Assembly: GCA_036149055.1 (NCBI GenBank) | Contig: JAYZQJ010000007.1 | Location: 1 to 64,000, forward strand | Source of the DNA: Myxococcota bacterium | Lineage (GTDB): Bacteria; Myxococcota_A; Polyangia; Polyangiales; Sandaracinaceae | Reading direction: 5' to 3' | Length of the DNA stretch: 64,000 nt | In this document: piece after piece, positions 51,305 through 61,338 of the stretch | Numbering within the stretch: position 1 is the stretch's first letter | Layout of the letters: each line of letters starts with the position of its first letter | The notes under the pieces: model-generated | What the model saw: the letters and a program-made list of their open reading frames with translations, nothing else | What the model was told of the DNA's origin: nothing | Databases searched by the model: none | Translations under genes and position numbers: made by a program

Positions 51305-51335
51305 AGAGCCGGCCCCTCACCGAGGGACCGGCTCT
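51305..51335. terminator. Hairpin between convergent genes (likely bidirectional terminator)
   Basis: agagccggcccct...agggaccggctct. Confidence 0.6.
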
Positions 51336-51356
51336 CTCACGTTCGACCGATCGGCG

Positions 51357-52751
51357 TCACTCGGAGCCCTGGATGACCCCCATCGCCGAGTCGTGCGCCC
51401 GACGGATCACCGCGGCGGGCGGCTCGGCGGACGGCGCCTCCTCCGCCTCGTAGGCGTAGTCCGAGTCCGGGGCGGCCGAGGGCGCCATCGACGGGAGCGC
51501 CTGGCCGAGCACGCGCATGCTGCCCACCTGCTCGCGCACCGCCTCGTCGTGCGCGTACTGCTGCGCCTGGCGCTCGGCGCGGTCGAGGATGGCCCGGGCC
51601 TGGGCGATGTCGCCCTCGCGGGCCCGCTCGATCGCCTCCACCGTCTGCACCGCGGCGAGCATCCGGGCGGCGGCGCGCTCGACCTCCTCGTCGCGCCCCG
51701 ACTCCATCTGGGCGGTGTCCCCGGTGGCGCGGGCGCCGAGGAAGACCCGCCGCTCGAGCCGGCCCGCGTCGACCAGCGCGTCGTCGAAGGTGAGCACCGC
51801 GTCCATCAGCTCCACGACCGCGCCCTCCCGCCGCGGATCGGCCTGCAGGCGCACGATGACGTCGCGGCTCTCGCCTTCGCTCACGTCGCCGAGGGCCACG
51901 CGCACCGCGCCGCCGCCCGCCTGCATCGGCTGCCCCACCACGCCGGCGATGCGCACGCCGGGTCCGGGCCGGAGCTCGAGGGTCAGGTTGCGGGCGAGCA
52001 GGCGCTCGAAGCGGAGCACCTCGTCGCGGAACACGCCCGCGACCTGCTCGGACGCCTCGACGAAGTGGAAGCGGCCGCCGCTGCGCTGGGCGATGTGGCC
52101 GAGCAGGGTCTCGTCGTAGTCGAGCCCGAGGCCGAGGGCGGTGATGCGGATGCCGCGCTCTCCGGCCGCCTGGGCGAGCGGCAGCACCGAGGTCGCGTCG
52201 TTCGGCACGCCGTCGCTGAGCAGGACCAGGCGGTTGATGCCCTCCGGCTCGTAGTGCCCGACCAGCTCCTCGAGCCCGGCGCGCAGGCCGCCCGCGAGGT
52301 CGGTGGTGCCGCGCGCCTCCATGCGGCCGATCTCGCGGCGCAGCTCGCTCAGGTCGGCGCCCTCGAGCTGGGTCGACGGCAGCAGCACCTCGGTCTCGGA
52401 GTGGAACACGACCACCGAGAGCCGGTCCTGCGGGCGCATGATCTCGAGCAGGTCGAGCGCGGCCGCGCGGGCGTCGCCGATCGGCGCGCCGTCCATCGAG
52501 CCTGAGGTGTCCATCACCAGCGCGAGGTTGATCGGCGGGCGCCGCGCGTTCTCGAGCGCTCGGGTCTCGATGCGGATGCGCGAGATCACCTCCGCGCTCT
52601 GCCCCGCCATCACGTAGGCGTTGCCCAGGTCGCCGTGCAGGACGACCACCTCCGGGTCCTCGCCCTCCGGCGCCACGTCCGCGCCACCGCACGCGGCCAG
52701 CGCGAGCCCCAGGATCATCAGCCAAGCCAGTCGAGTCGTTCGCATCGTCAT
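51357..52751 (-). CDS. VWA (YfbK-like) domain lipoprotein
   Basis: LAAC lipobox; MIDAS DTSGS, GTTDL, LLSDG. Confidence 0.9.
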   Translation of the reverse strand: MTMRTTRLAWLMILGLALAACGGADVAPEGEDPEVVVLHGDLGNAYVMAGQSAEVISRIRIETRALENARRPPINLALVMDTSGSMDGAPIGDARAAALDLLEIMRPQDRLSVVVFHSETEVLLPSTQLEGADLSELRREIGRMEARGTTDLAGGLRAGLEELVGHYEPEGINRLVLLSDGVPNDATSVLPLAQAAGERGIRITALGLGLDYDETLLGHIAQRSGGRFHFVEASEQVAGVFRDEVLRFERLLARNLTLELRPGPGVRIAGVVGQPMQAGGGAVRVALGDVSEGESRDVIVRLQADPRREGAVVELMDAVLTFDDALVDAGRLERRVFLGARATGDTAQMESGRDEEVERAAARMLAAVQTVEAIERAREGDIAQARAILDRAERQAQQYAHDEAVREQVGSMRVLGQALPSMAPSAAPDSDYAYEAEEAPSAEPPAAVIRRAHDSAMGVIQGSE

Positions 52752-52833
52752 CCTCCCGTGGCCCGGTCGAGACGAGCGATGCGGCGTTCGGGTCTAACGA
52801 ATCTCGTCCGGCTTCGGTACGCTGTGCGACCGC

Positions 52834-54396
52834 ATGGCTGTCCGGCTCACGCTCGCGCTCCTCCTGCTCTTCACGGCGGCGGGCTGCGACGCGGGGGTGA
52901 CCCTGGTGGTGCAGCTGCGCACCGATCTGGTGCCCGGCCGCGAGCTGGCGCGGATCGAGACCGACGTCGAGGTCGGCGGGGTCGTGCAGACGACGTGGGT
53001 GACGCCGACCGCCGACGCGGACGAGGAGACCCTCTTCCGCGCCGCCGAGCTCGACGGGCTCGCCCCCGACCGGGCGCGCCCGATCACCCTTCGCCTCTTC
53101 GGGCCGGACGGCCGCGCGCTCGCCACCCTGCGCAGCCTCGCCAACAACCGCGAGTCCCGGGTGGTGACCCTGACGTTCACCCGGAACTGCCTCGGCGTGG
53201 AGTGCGCCGACGACGAGCGCTGCCTCGACGCCCAGTGCGTGGACGCCCGCTGCCTCACCGGCGTCGAGCCCGAGTGCGCGGGGGGCTGCGACTGCGCCCC
53301 GCTGAGCGAGTGCGACGACGCGCGCTGCGTCGAGGGCGCCTGCCTGCACCGGGCGAACGACGCGGTCTGCGAGGGCGTGTGCGCGCCCGAGGTCGGCTGC
53401 GAGGCGGCGCCGACCGACGCGGGCCCGCCGCCGATGGACGCGGGGCCGGGAGACGCCGGTCCGATCGACGCTGGGCTTCGAGACGCCGGGATCGACTCCG
53501 GACCCGGAGACTCGGGCCTTCGCGACTCGGGCCTTCGCGACTCGGGGATCGACTCCGGACCCTCCGACAGCGGGGTCTCGGTGTGTCGGGCGACGCCGAC
53601 GTCCTGCGACTACGTGCTGCAGGACTGCGGCGGCGGTCAGGGCTGCTTCCCGATCACCTCGGGCGGGCGGGTGAACGCGCGCTGCCGGACGTCGGGCAGC
53701 GGCCGCGGCGGCGCGGCTTGTAGCGGCCACGCCGACTGTCAGCCTGGCTTCCTGTGCAACGACGGCGAGTGCACTCCGCTCTGCTGCCCGGGCGAGGGGC
53801 GCACGTCGTGCCCGGGATCCCGTCGGTGCGAGCCGATGGTGGACGGCTACGTCGGGCTCTGCCTGCGGAACCGGGACTGCGATCCGCTCGACCAGACCGG
53901 CTGTGTGCCCGGCCGGGCCTGCTACTACCGCGACATGACCCGCAGCACCGTCGACTGCGAGCCGCCGGGCGCCGGCACCGACGGCGACGCCTGCACCGAC
54001 TCGAGCGACTGCGCGCCGCGCTTCGTGTGCACCGGGCGCTGCCGGCGGCACTGCGACAACGGCGGCTGCCCGTCCGGGTATCGCTGCTCGGACGCGCCCG
54101 GGCTGCCGTACGGCGAGTGCTACCCGATGGAGTGCGACCCGATCGCGCAGACCGACTGCGCGCCCACCGAGAGCTGCTACCCGACCGGGAGCCAGACCGC
54201 CTCGTGCCTGGTGCCGGTCGACAGTCGCTCGGAGGGCCAGACCTGCACCTACGTCAACGAGTGCGCGGCCGGCCTCGTGTGCAGCGGCGGCCGATGCCGG
54301 CGGACCTGCCGCGCCGGCTCGGGGGGCTGCCCGGCGGGCACGTCCTGCGTGGCCTTCGCCGGCCCGACCCCGCGCGAGTACGGCGCCTGCCAGTGA
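52834..54396 (+). CDS. Cys-rich lipoprotein with DAG/DSG pentapeptide linker
   Basis: AAGC lipobox; TDLVPGRE; repeated CDP..QT.C...CY motifs. Confidence 0.8.
   Translation: MAVRLTLALLLLFTAAGCDAGVTLVVQLRTDLVPGRELARIETDVEVGGVVQTTWVTPTADADEETLFRAAELDGLAPDRARPITLRLFGPDGRALATLRSLANNRESRVVTLTFTRNCLGVECADDERCLDAQCVDARCLTGVEPECAGGCDCAPLSECDDARCVEGACLHRANDAVCEGVCAPEVGCEAAPTDAGPPPMDAGPGDAGPIDAGLRDAGIDSGPGDSGLRDSGLRDSGIDSGPSDSGVSVCRATPTSCDYVLQDCGGGQGCFPITSGGRVNARCRTSGSGRGGAACSGHADCQPGFLCNDGECTPLCCPGEGRTSCPGSRRCEPMVDGYVGLCLRNRDCDPLDQTGCVPGRACYYRDMTRSTVDCEPPGAGTDGDACTDSSDCAPRFVCTGRCRRHCDNGGCPSGYRCSDAPGLPYGECYPMECDPIAQTDCAPTESCYPTGSQTASCLVPVDSRSEGQTCTYVNECAAGLVCSGGRCRRTCRAGSGGCPAGTSCVAFAGPTPREYGACQ
53416..53574 (+). 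repeat. Imperfect 15-bp (D[AS]Gxx) tandem repeats
   Basis: DAGPG DAGPI DAGLR DAGI DSGPG DSGLR DSGLR DSGI DSGPS DSG. Confidence 0.8.
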
Positions 54397-54397
54397 C

Positions 54398-54439
54398 GGA
54401 AAGAGAACGGGGCGGCACCCAGAAGAGGGGCCGCCCCGT
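54398..54439 (-). terminator. Intrinsic terminator on the minus strand
   Basis: acggggcggc...gccgccccgt stem followed by TCTCTTT on the minus strand. Confidence 0.7.
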
Positions 54440-54461
54440 GTGCTCGGAAACCGGAGGAGGA

Positions 54462-54533
54462 TCAGCTCGTGCGCTGCACCTCCAGGGCACGGGTCCGAGC
54501 ATGGTCGTTACCAATCATAGAGCTGTGGTTCAC
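54462..54533 (-). CDS. Putative 23-aa small protein
   Basis: GGAGGAGG SD; (M)NHSSMIGNDHARTRALEVQRTS*; followed by a terminator. Confidence 0.4.
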   Translation of the reverse strand: MNHSSMIGNDHARTRALEVQRTS

Positions 54534-54943
54534 GTTTCGTTTCCCTCCTCCGGCGTGAGCCGGCGTCCCGGGGGCCTGGCCGTCCAACGCGGGCCGGCCC
54601 TCCTGCAGACGTTCCTGGGTGGGAGCGCTCTCCACCATGGAGAGCGCTCGCGTCATCGCGGCACGATTCCGAAAGGATTTCACACCATTGTGGGGAGGCT
54701 TTCCCATCGGCCGCGGCCCGCCGGGTCGACGAAATCGACCCAACGGCAAGATAACACGCGACGTCCCCGATGCTTTCCAACCGCGCACATTTCGTACGGT
54801 CGGCCAGTGAGGCGGGAGCGCGATGAATCGCTGAAACCACAAAGATTTCAAACGCATCACCTGAATGGGGGCGATCCCGTGTCGGGCGGCGTGGACGGAT
54901 CCGTCGTGGTCCGATCGGGCGCTTCGTGCGATGGTCGCCGGCC

Positions 54944-55465
54944 ATGAAGCGCCACGACGCCGACTCCGCCGAGGTCCGGGTGTTCACCTACAAGGAGGGG
55001 CTGCTCTCCGCGGTGGCCCACGACCTCCAGCTCGAGGTGACCCGGTTCGAGATCGAGGTCGGGGAGGACCGGGCCATCGCCGCGACCTTCGATCCGAGGT
55101 CCATCCGCGTGCTCGACGCGATGGTCGACGGCCGCCTCTCGCCCGGCACCCTGGGCGCGAAGGACAAGGAGAAGATCCAGGGCAACATCGTCAAGGACGT
55201 CATCCCCGTCCGGAAGCACCCCGAGATCCGCTTCGAGTCCACCGAGGTGCGGGAGGTCGACGCCGGCTGGGAGATCCGCGGCAAGCTGACCCTCGCCGGG
55301 CGCACCCGGGACATCACCGTCCCGGTGCACCGTGACGACGGCCACTGGATCGGCGAGGTCTCGATCCACCAGCCCGACTGGGGCATCAAGCCCTACAGCG
55401 CCATGCTCGGCGCCCTCAAGCTCCAGCCCGGCGTGAAGGTCCGCGTCCGCGTCCCCGCGGAGTGA
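54944..55465 (+). CDS. YceI family protein
   Basis: EGLLSAVAHD, HPEIRFES, GKLTLAG, WGIKPYSAMLGALK. Confidence 0.88.
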   Translation: MKRHDADSAEVRVFTYKEGLLSAVAHDLQLEVTRFEIEVGEDRAIAATFDPRSIRVLDAMVDGRLSPGTLGAKDKEKIQGNIVKDVIPVRKHPEIRFESTEVREVDAGWEIRGKLTLAGRTRDITVPVHRDDGHWIGEVSIHQPDWGIKPYSAMLGALKLQPGVKVRVRVPAE

Positions 55466-56572
55466 TCACACGTTGAATCTGAAGTGGACGACGTCGCCGT
55501 CCTTCACTTCGTAGGCCTTGCCCTCGATGGCGAGCTTGCCGGCGGAGCGGACGGCGGACTCGGCGCCGAGCTCGACGAGGTCCTTCCAGCTCATGACCTC
55601 GGCCTTGATGAAGCCGCGCTCGAAGTCGCTGTGGATCTTGCCGGCCGCCTGCGGGGCCTTGGTGCCGCGCTTGATGGTCCAGGCGTGCACCTCGGGGTCG
55701 CCCGCGGTGAAGAAGGTGATCAGGTCCAGCATCCGGTAGCCGGTGCGGATCACCGAGTTCAGGCCCGGCTCCTCGAGGCCGACGCTCTCGAGGAACTCGA
55801 CCCGATCCTCGTCGGGGAGCTGCATGATCTCCGCCTCGATCTTGGCGCTGATCACCACGACCGGGGCGCCCTCCTTCTCGGCCCGCGCCTTCACCGCGCC
55901 GACGAGCGGGTCGTCGTCCTCACCGAGCTGCTCCTCCTTCACGTTGCACACGTAGAAGTGGGGCTTGTTCGTCAGGAGGAACATGTCGCGGACGACGCCC
56001 TTGCTGTCGTCGTCGAGCCCCTCCTGGTCGAAGGAGCTGGCCAGCTTCCCCTCGTTGAGGTGGGCGGCGAGCGGCTCGCAGACCTCGACCGCCTTCTTCT
56101 CCAGGGCGTTGTTGCCCTTGGCGGCGCGGCGCGCCTTGTCGAGGCGCTTCTCGACCGTCTCGAGGTCCTTGAGCACGAGCTCGGTCTCGATGGTCTCGAT
56201 GTCGGCCACCGGATCGACCCGGTTGTCGACGTGGAGCACGTTGTCGTCCTCGAAGCAGCGCACCACGTGGGCGACCGCGTCCGCCTCGCGGATGTTGCTG
56301 AGGAACGCGTTGCCCTTGCCTTCGCCCTTGGAGGCGCCGCGCACGAGCCCGGCGATGTCCACGAAGTCCACCGTGGCCGGCACGACCTTGGCGGGCGAGA
56401 AGAGCTTCACGAGCGCGTCGAAGCGAGGGTCCGGCACCGGGACGACACCCACGTTGGGCTCGATGGTGCAGAAGGCGTAGTTGGCCGCCTCCGCCTGCTT
56501 CTCGGAGAGGGAGTTGAAGAGGGTCGACTTGCCCACGTTGGGCAGACCCACGATGCCTACGGAGAGACCCAT
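55466..56572 (-). CDS. ychF: Redox-regulated ATPase YchF
   Basis: GIVGLPNVGKSTLFN, FCTIEPN, DIAGLV, HSDFERGFIKAEV, DGDVVHFRFNV. Confidence 0.97.
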   Translation of the reverse strand: MGLSVGIVGLPNVGKSTLFNSLSEKQAEAANYAFCTIEPNVGVVPVPDPRFDALVKLFSPAKVVPATVDFVDIAGLVRGASKGEGKGNAFLSNIREADAVAHVVRCFEDDNVLHVDNRVDPVADIETIETELVLKDLETVEKRLDKARRAAKGNNALEKKAVEVCEPLAAHLNEGKLASSFDQEGLDDDSKGVVRDMFLLTNKPHFYVCNVKEEQLGEDDDPLVGAVKARAEKEGAPVVVISAKIEAEIMQLPDEDRVEFLESVGLEEPGLNSVIRTGYRMLDLITFFTAGDPEVHAWTIKRGTKAPQAAGKIHSDFERGFIKAEVMSWKDLVELGAESAVRSAGKLAIEGKAYEVKDGDVVHFRFNV

Positions 56573-56693
56573 GCCGTCCTCGATGAATGGGGGGCTGGCT
56601 CAATAGCGCGGCGGGGCCGGCCGGGGCAACCGGGCCGAGGGGGTTCTCGCTGCCCTTCGAGGCGCTATGGTGGGGCCAGCGGTTCTTTCCTCT

Positions 56694-56724
56694 GTGACAC
56701 CGGTGGGTCACGAAGTCGTTGCCC
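56694..56724 (+). promoter_or_regulatory. Candidate Pho-box-like 11-bp direct repeats
   Basis: GACAC (56696), GTCAC (56707), GTTGC (56718) at 11-bp period upstream of phoB. Confidence 0.35.
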
Positions 56725-56750
56725 GAGCATTCCAGCTTCGCGGGGCCTTG

Positions 56751-57437
<687 letters not shown>

Positions 57438-57474
57438 TTCTCGCGAGATCGGGGGTACCCTCCGACGCGGACTC

Positions 57475-59175
57475 ATGACCCGGAGCCTGCGCGCCCGTCT
57501 GCTGGGCTCGATGTTCGTCGTCACCGCGCTCGTCGTGGGGGCGGCGCTGTTCATCGCCGATCCGCTCGTGCGTGAGCGGGCGCGGGACGACGTGCTCCGG
57601 GCCCTCGAGCGCGCCGCCGAGGAGGTCGCGTCGGAGCCCGCTGCGATCGGGGTCGAGGCGGTCCGGGTCGCGGCCAGTCACGGGGCGATGGTCACCTGGA
57701 TCGCGCCCGACGGGCAGGTCCTCGCCGACACCGGCGGGCCGAGCCGGGGCGCGGGCGACCTCGACCACGTGCGCCACGCCGGCCGGGACGTGCGCGAGAC
57801 GCGCGACGACGAGGGCCGCCGGTGGCTGCAGCTCAGCGTGGCGAGGCCGGACGGCAGCGTGGTGCGGGTGGCGCGGCTGTTCCCCGAGAAGAGCGCGGCC
57901 CGCACGACCATGTGGCAGGTGCTGCTGCTGGCCGGCTTCCTCGCCTTGCTCGCCTCGGCGCTGCTGGCCGAGTACCTCACCCGCTCGCTGGCCGTCCCGC
58001 TGGCCGAGATGACGCGCGCCGCCCACGCCCTCGAGGACGGCGACATGAGCGTCCGGGTCCGATCCCGGCGGAGCGACGAGATCGGGCAGCTCGGCGCGGC
58101 GATCGACCAGATGGCCGACCAGCTCCAGGAGCGATACGAGGCGGTGCGCCGGGAGGAGCAGCGGCTGCGCACCATCCTCGACGCGATGATCGAGGGCGTC
58201 TTCGTGACCGACGCGAACGGCCGGATCGTGCTGACCAACGCCGCGCTCACCCGGCTGGCCGGCGACGACCTCGAGGGGCGCACCGCGGTCGAGGCCATCC
58301 GCAGCGCCGAGCTCCACGGCGCCGTCCGGCGAGCGACCTCGGGGGAGTCGGGCGCGGTCGACTTCGAGATGTCGGCGGGCGGGCGCCGCCGCTCGATCGC
58401 CGCCCAGGTCGCGCCGCTCGAGGGCCGCGAGGGGGTCGTGGCGGTGCTGCACGACGTCACCCAGCTCAAGCGGGCGGACGCGGTGCGCCGCGACTTCGTC
58501 GCCAACGCGAGCCACGAGCTGCGCACGCCGCTCACGGCGATCCGTGGCTTCGCCGAGACCCTGCAGAGCGGCGCGATGAAGGACGAGCGCATGGCCACCC
58601 GCTTCCTCGGCAACATCGCCGACAACGCCAAGCGGCTCGAGAGCCTGGTGGGTGACCTCATCGAGCTCAGCAAGGCCGAGTCCCCGGACAGCCGCGTCGA
58701 CCTGATGGCGACCGACGTCGTGCAGGCCATCGCGAAGGTGCTCGGCGGGCTCGAGACGCGGGCGGCCGCCAAAGGACAGCAGCTCGAGCTGCAGAACGCG
58801 GGCGCGGTCCTCCGGGCCTGGGCCGACGCGCGCGCCCTCGATCAGGTGCTGCTCAACCTGGTCGACAACGCCATCAAGTACACGCCCGAGGGAGGCCGCG
58901 TGACCGCGTCGGCGCGGCGCGAGGACGACAAGGTGATCGTCGAGGTGCGGGACACCGGTCCGGGGATCTCACGCGCCCACCTCGATCGGATCTTCGAGCG
59001 CTTCTACCGCATCGACAAAGGCCGCGCGCGCGAGCAGGGCGGCACCGGGCTCGGCCTCAGCATCGTCAAGCACCTCGTCACGCGCATGGACGGAGAGGTC
59101 GCGGTCGAGAGCGAGGTCGGCGAGGGCACGACCTTCCGCGTCATCCTGCAGGCCACGGCTCACTCGAGCGATTGA
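57475..59175 (+). CDS. phoR: HAMP-PAS sensor histidine kinase PhoR
   Basis: RRDFVANASHELRTPLT, NLVDNAIKY, DTGPGI, FERFYR, GGTGLGLSIVKH. Confidence 0.85.
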   Translation: MTRSLRARLLGSMFVVTALVVGAALFIADPLVRERARDDVLRALERAAEEVASEPAAIGVEAVRVAASHGAMVTWIAPDGQVLADTGGPSRGAGDLDHVRHAGRDVRETRDDEGRRWLQLSVARPDGSVVRVARLFPEKSAARTTMWQVLLLAGFLALLASALLAEYLTRSLAVPLAEMTRAAHALEDGDMSVRVRSRRSDEIGQLGAAIDQMADQLQERYEAVRREEQRLRTILDAMIEGVFVTDANGRIVLTNAALTRLAGDDLEGRTAVEAIRSAELHGAVRRATSGESGAVDFEMSAGGRRRSIAAQVAPLEGREGVVAVLHDVTQLKRADAVRRDFVANASHELRTPLTAIRGFAETLQSGAMKDERMATRFLGNIADNAKRLESLVGDLIELSKAESPDSRVDLMATDVVQAIAKVLGGLETRAAAKGQQLELQNAGAVLRAWADARALDQVLLNLVDNAIKYTPEGGRVTASARREDDKVIVEVRDTGPGISRAHLDRIFERFYRIDKGRAREQGGTGLGLSIVKHLVTRMDGEVAVESEVGEGTTFRVILQATAHSSD

Positions 59176-59885
59176 ATCGCGCGGGCGCCGTGGCGGACGT
59201 CCTCGCCCTCGACCATGTAGACGACCATCTCGGCGATGTTGGTGGCGAGGTCGGCGATGCGCTCGAGGCACTTCGCGCTCGAGGTCAGGCCCATGCCGAC
59301 GTCGGCCAGCATCGGGTTCCGCTTCATGTAGGCGACGCTGCGAGAGAGCGCGCGGGCGTGCAGCGCGTCGACCGCGTCGTCCATCGCGAGCACCCGCTGC
59401 GCTCGCTCGACGTCCTCCTCCACGAAGGCGTCGAGCGCGAGGTCGAGCATGTCGGCGCCGCGCGAGCCCATCTCGTTGAGGATGGCCTTGATGCCGCGGA
59501 CCTCCTCGGCGTCGATGGCGAGGCGCGCGGCCCGCTCGGCCACGTTGACCGCCTCGTCGCCGATCGTCTCCAGGTCGGTGACCACCTTCAGCGCCGTCAC
59601 CAGGAGCCGCAGGTCGCGGCCGACCGGGGAGCGCAGCGCGAGGATGCGGACCGCGAGCTCGTCGCAGGCGAGGTGGTCGGCGTTGACCAGCCGATCGGCG
59701 TCGTCGACCGCCCGGGCCCGCGCCGCGTCGCCGTCCTCGACCGCGCGGAGCGCCTCCGAGATCAGCCGCTCGCACCGGCCGCCCATCGCGAGCAGGCGGT
59801 CCTTCAGCTCACGGAGCTCGGCGTCGAACTGACGGTCTGTATGGCGGAAGGGCGACGTCTTCTCCAGCTGGGCTGATCGTGTCAC
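59160..59885 (-). CDS. phoU: Phosphate signalling protein PhoU
   Basis: PVGRDLR, DLETIGDEAVN, DDAVD, LERIADLATNIAEMVVYMVEGEDVRH. Confidence 0.93.
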   Translation of the reverse strand: MTRSAQLEKTSPFRHTDRQFDAELRELKDRLLAMGGRCERLISEALRAVEDGDAARARAVDDADRLVNADHLACDELAVRILALRSPVGRDLRLLVTALKVVTDLETIGDEAVNVAERAARLAIDAEEVRGIKAILNEMGSRGADMLDLALDAFVEEDVERAQRVLAMDDAVDALHARALSRSVAYMKRNPMLADVGMGLTSSAKCLERIADLATNIAEMVVYMVEGEDVRHGARAIQSLE

Positions 59886-59900
59886 AGGAGGCCGGCCTCC

Positions 59901-59938
59901 GAAAACGCGAAAGCCGCCGCCCGGGGAGGGCGACGGCT
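59901..59938 (-). terminator. Intrinsic terminator after the lipoprotein gene
   Basis: Minus strand agccgtcgccc-N5-gggcggcggct followed by TTCGCGTTTT. Confidence 0.65.
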
Positions 59939-59958
59939 CTCGGGTGGACCGGGAAGGA

Positions 59959-61317
<1,359 letters not shown>

Positions 61318-61338
61318 GTCGTTCCCTCTGGATGGGGC

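Noticed and set aside
54600..54780. c-di-GMP-I riboswitch, tmRNA, SRP or RNase P assignment
   Set aside because: GAAA hairpins are present, but the signature motifs (GCAAACC/GACGCAAAG, ALAA tag, SRP loop, GAGGAAAGTCC) are absent
56693..56712. CRP site (TGTGA...TCAC)
   Set aside because: Half-sites are spaced by 10 nt rather than 6
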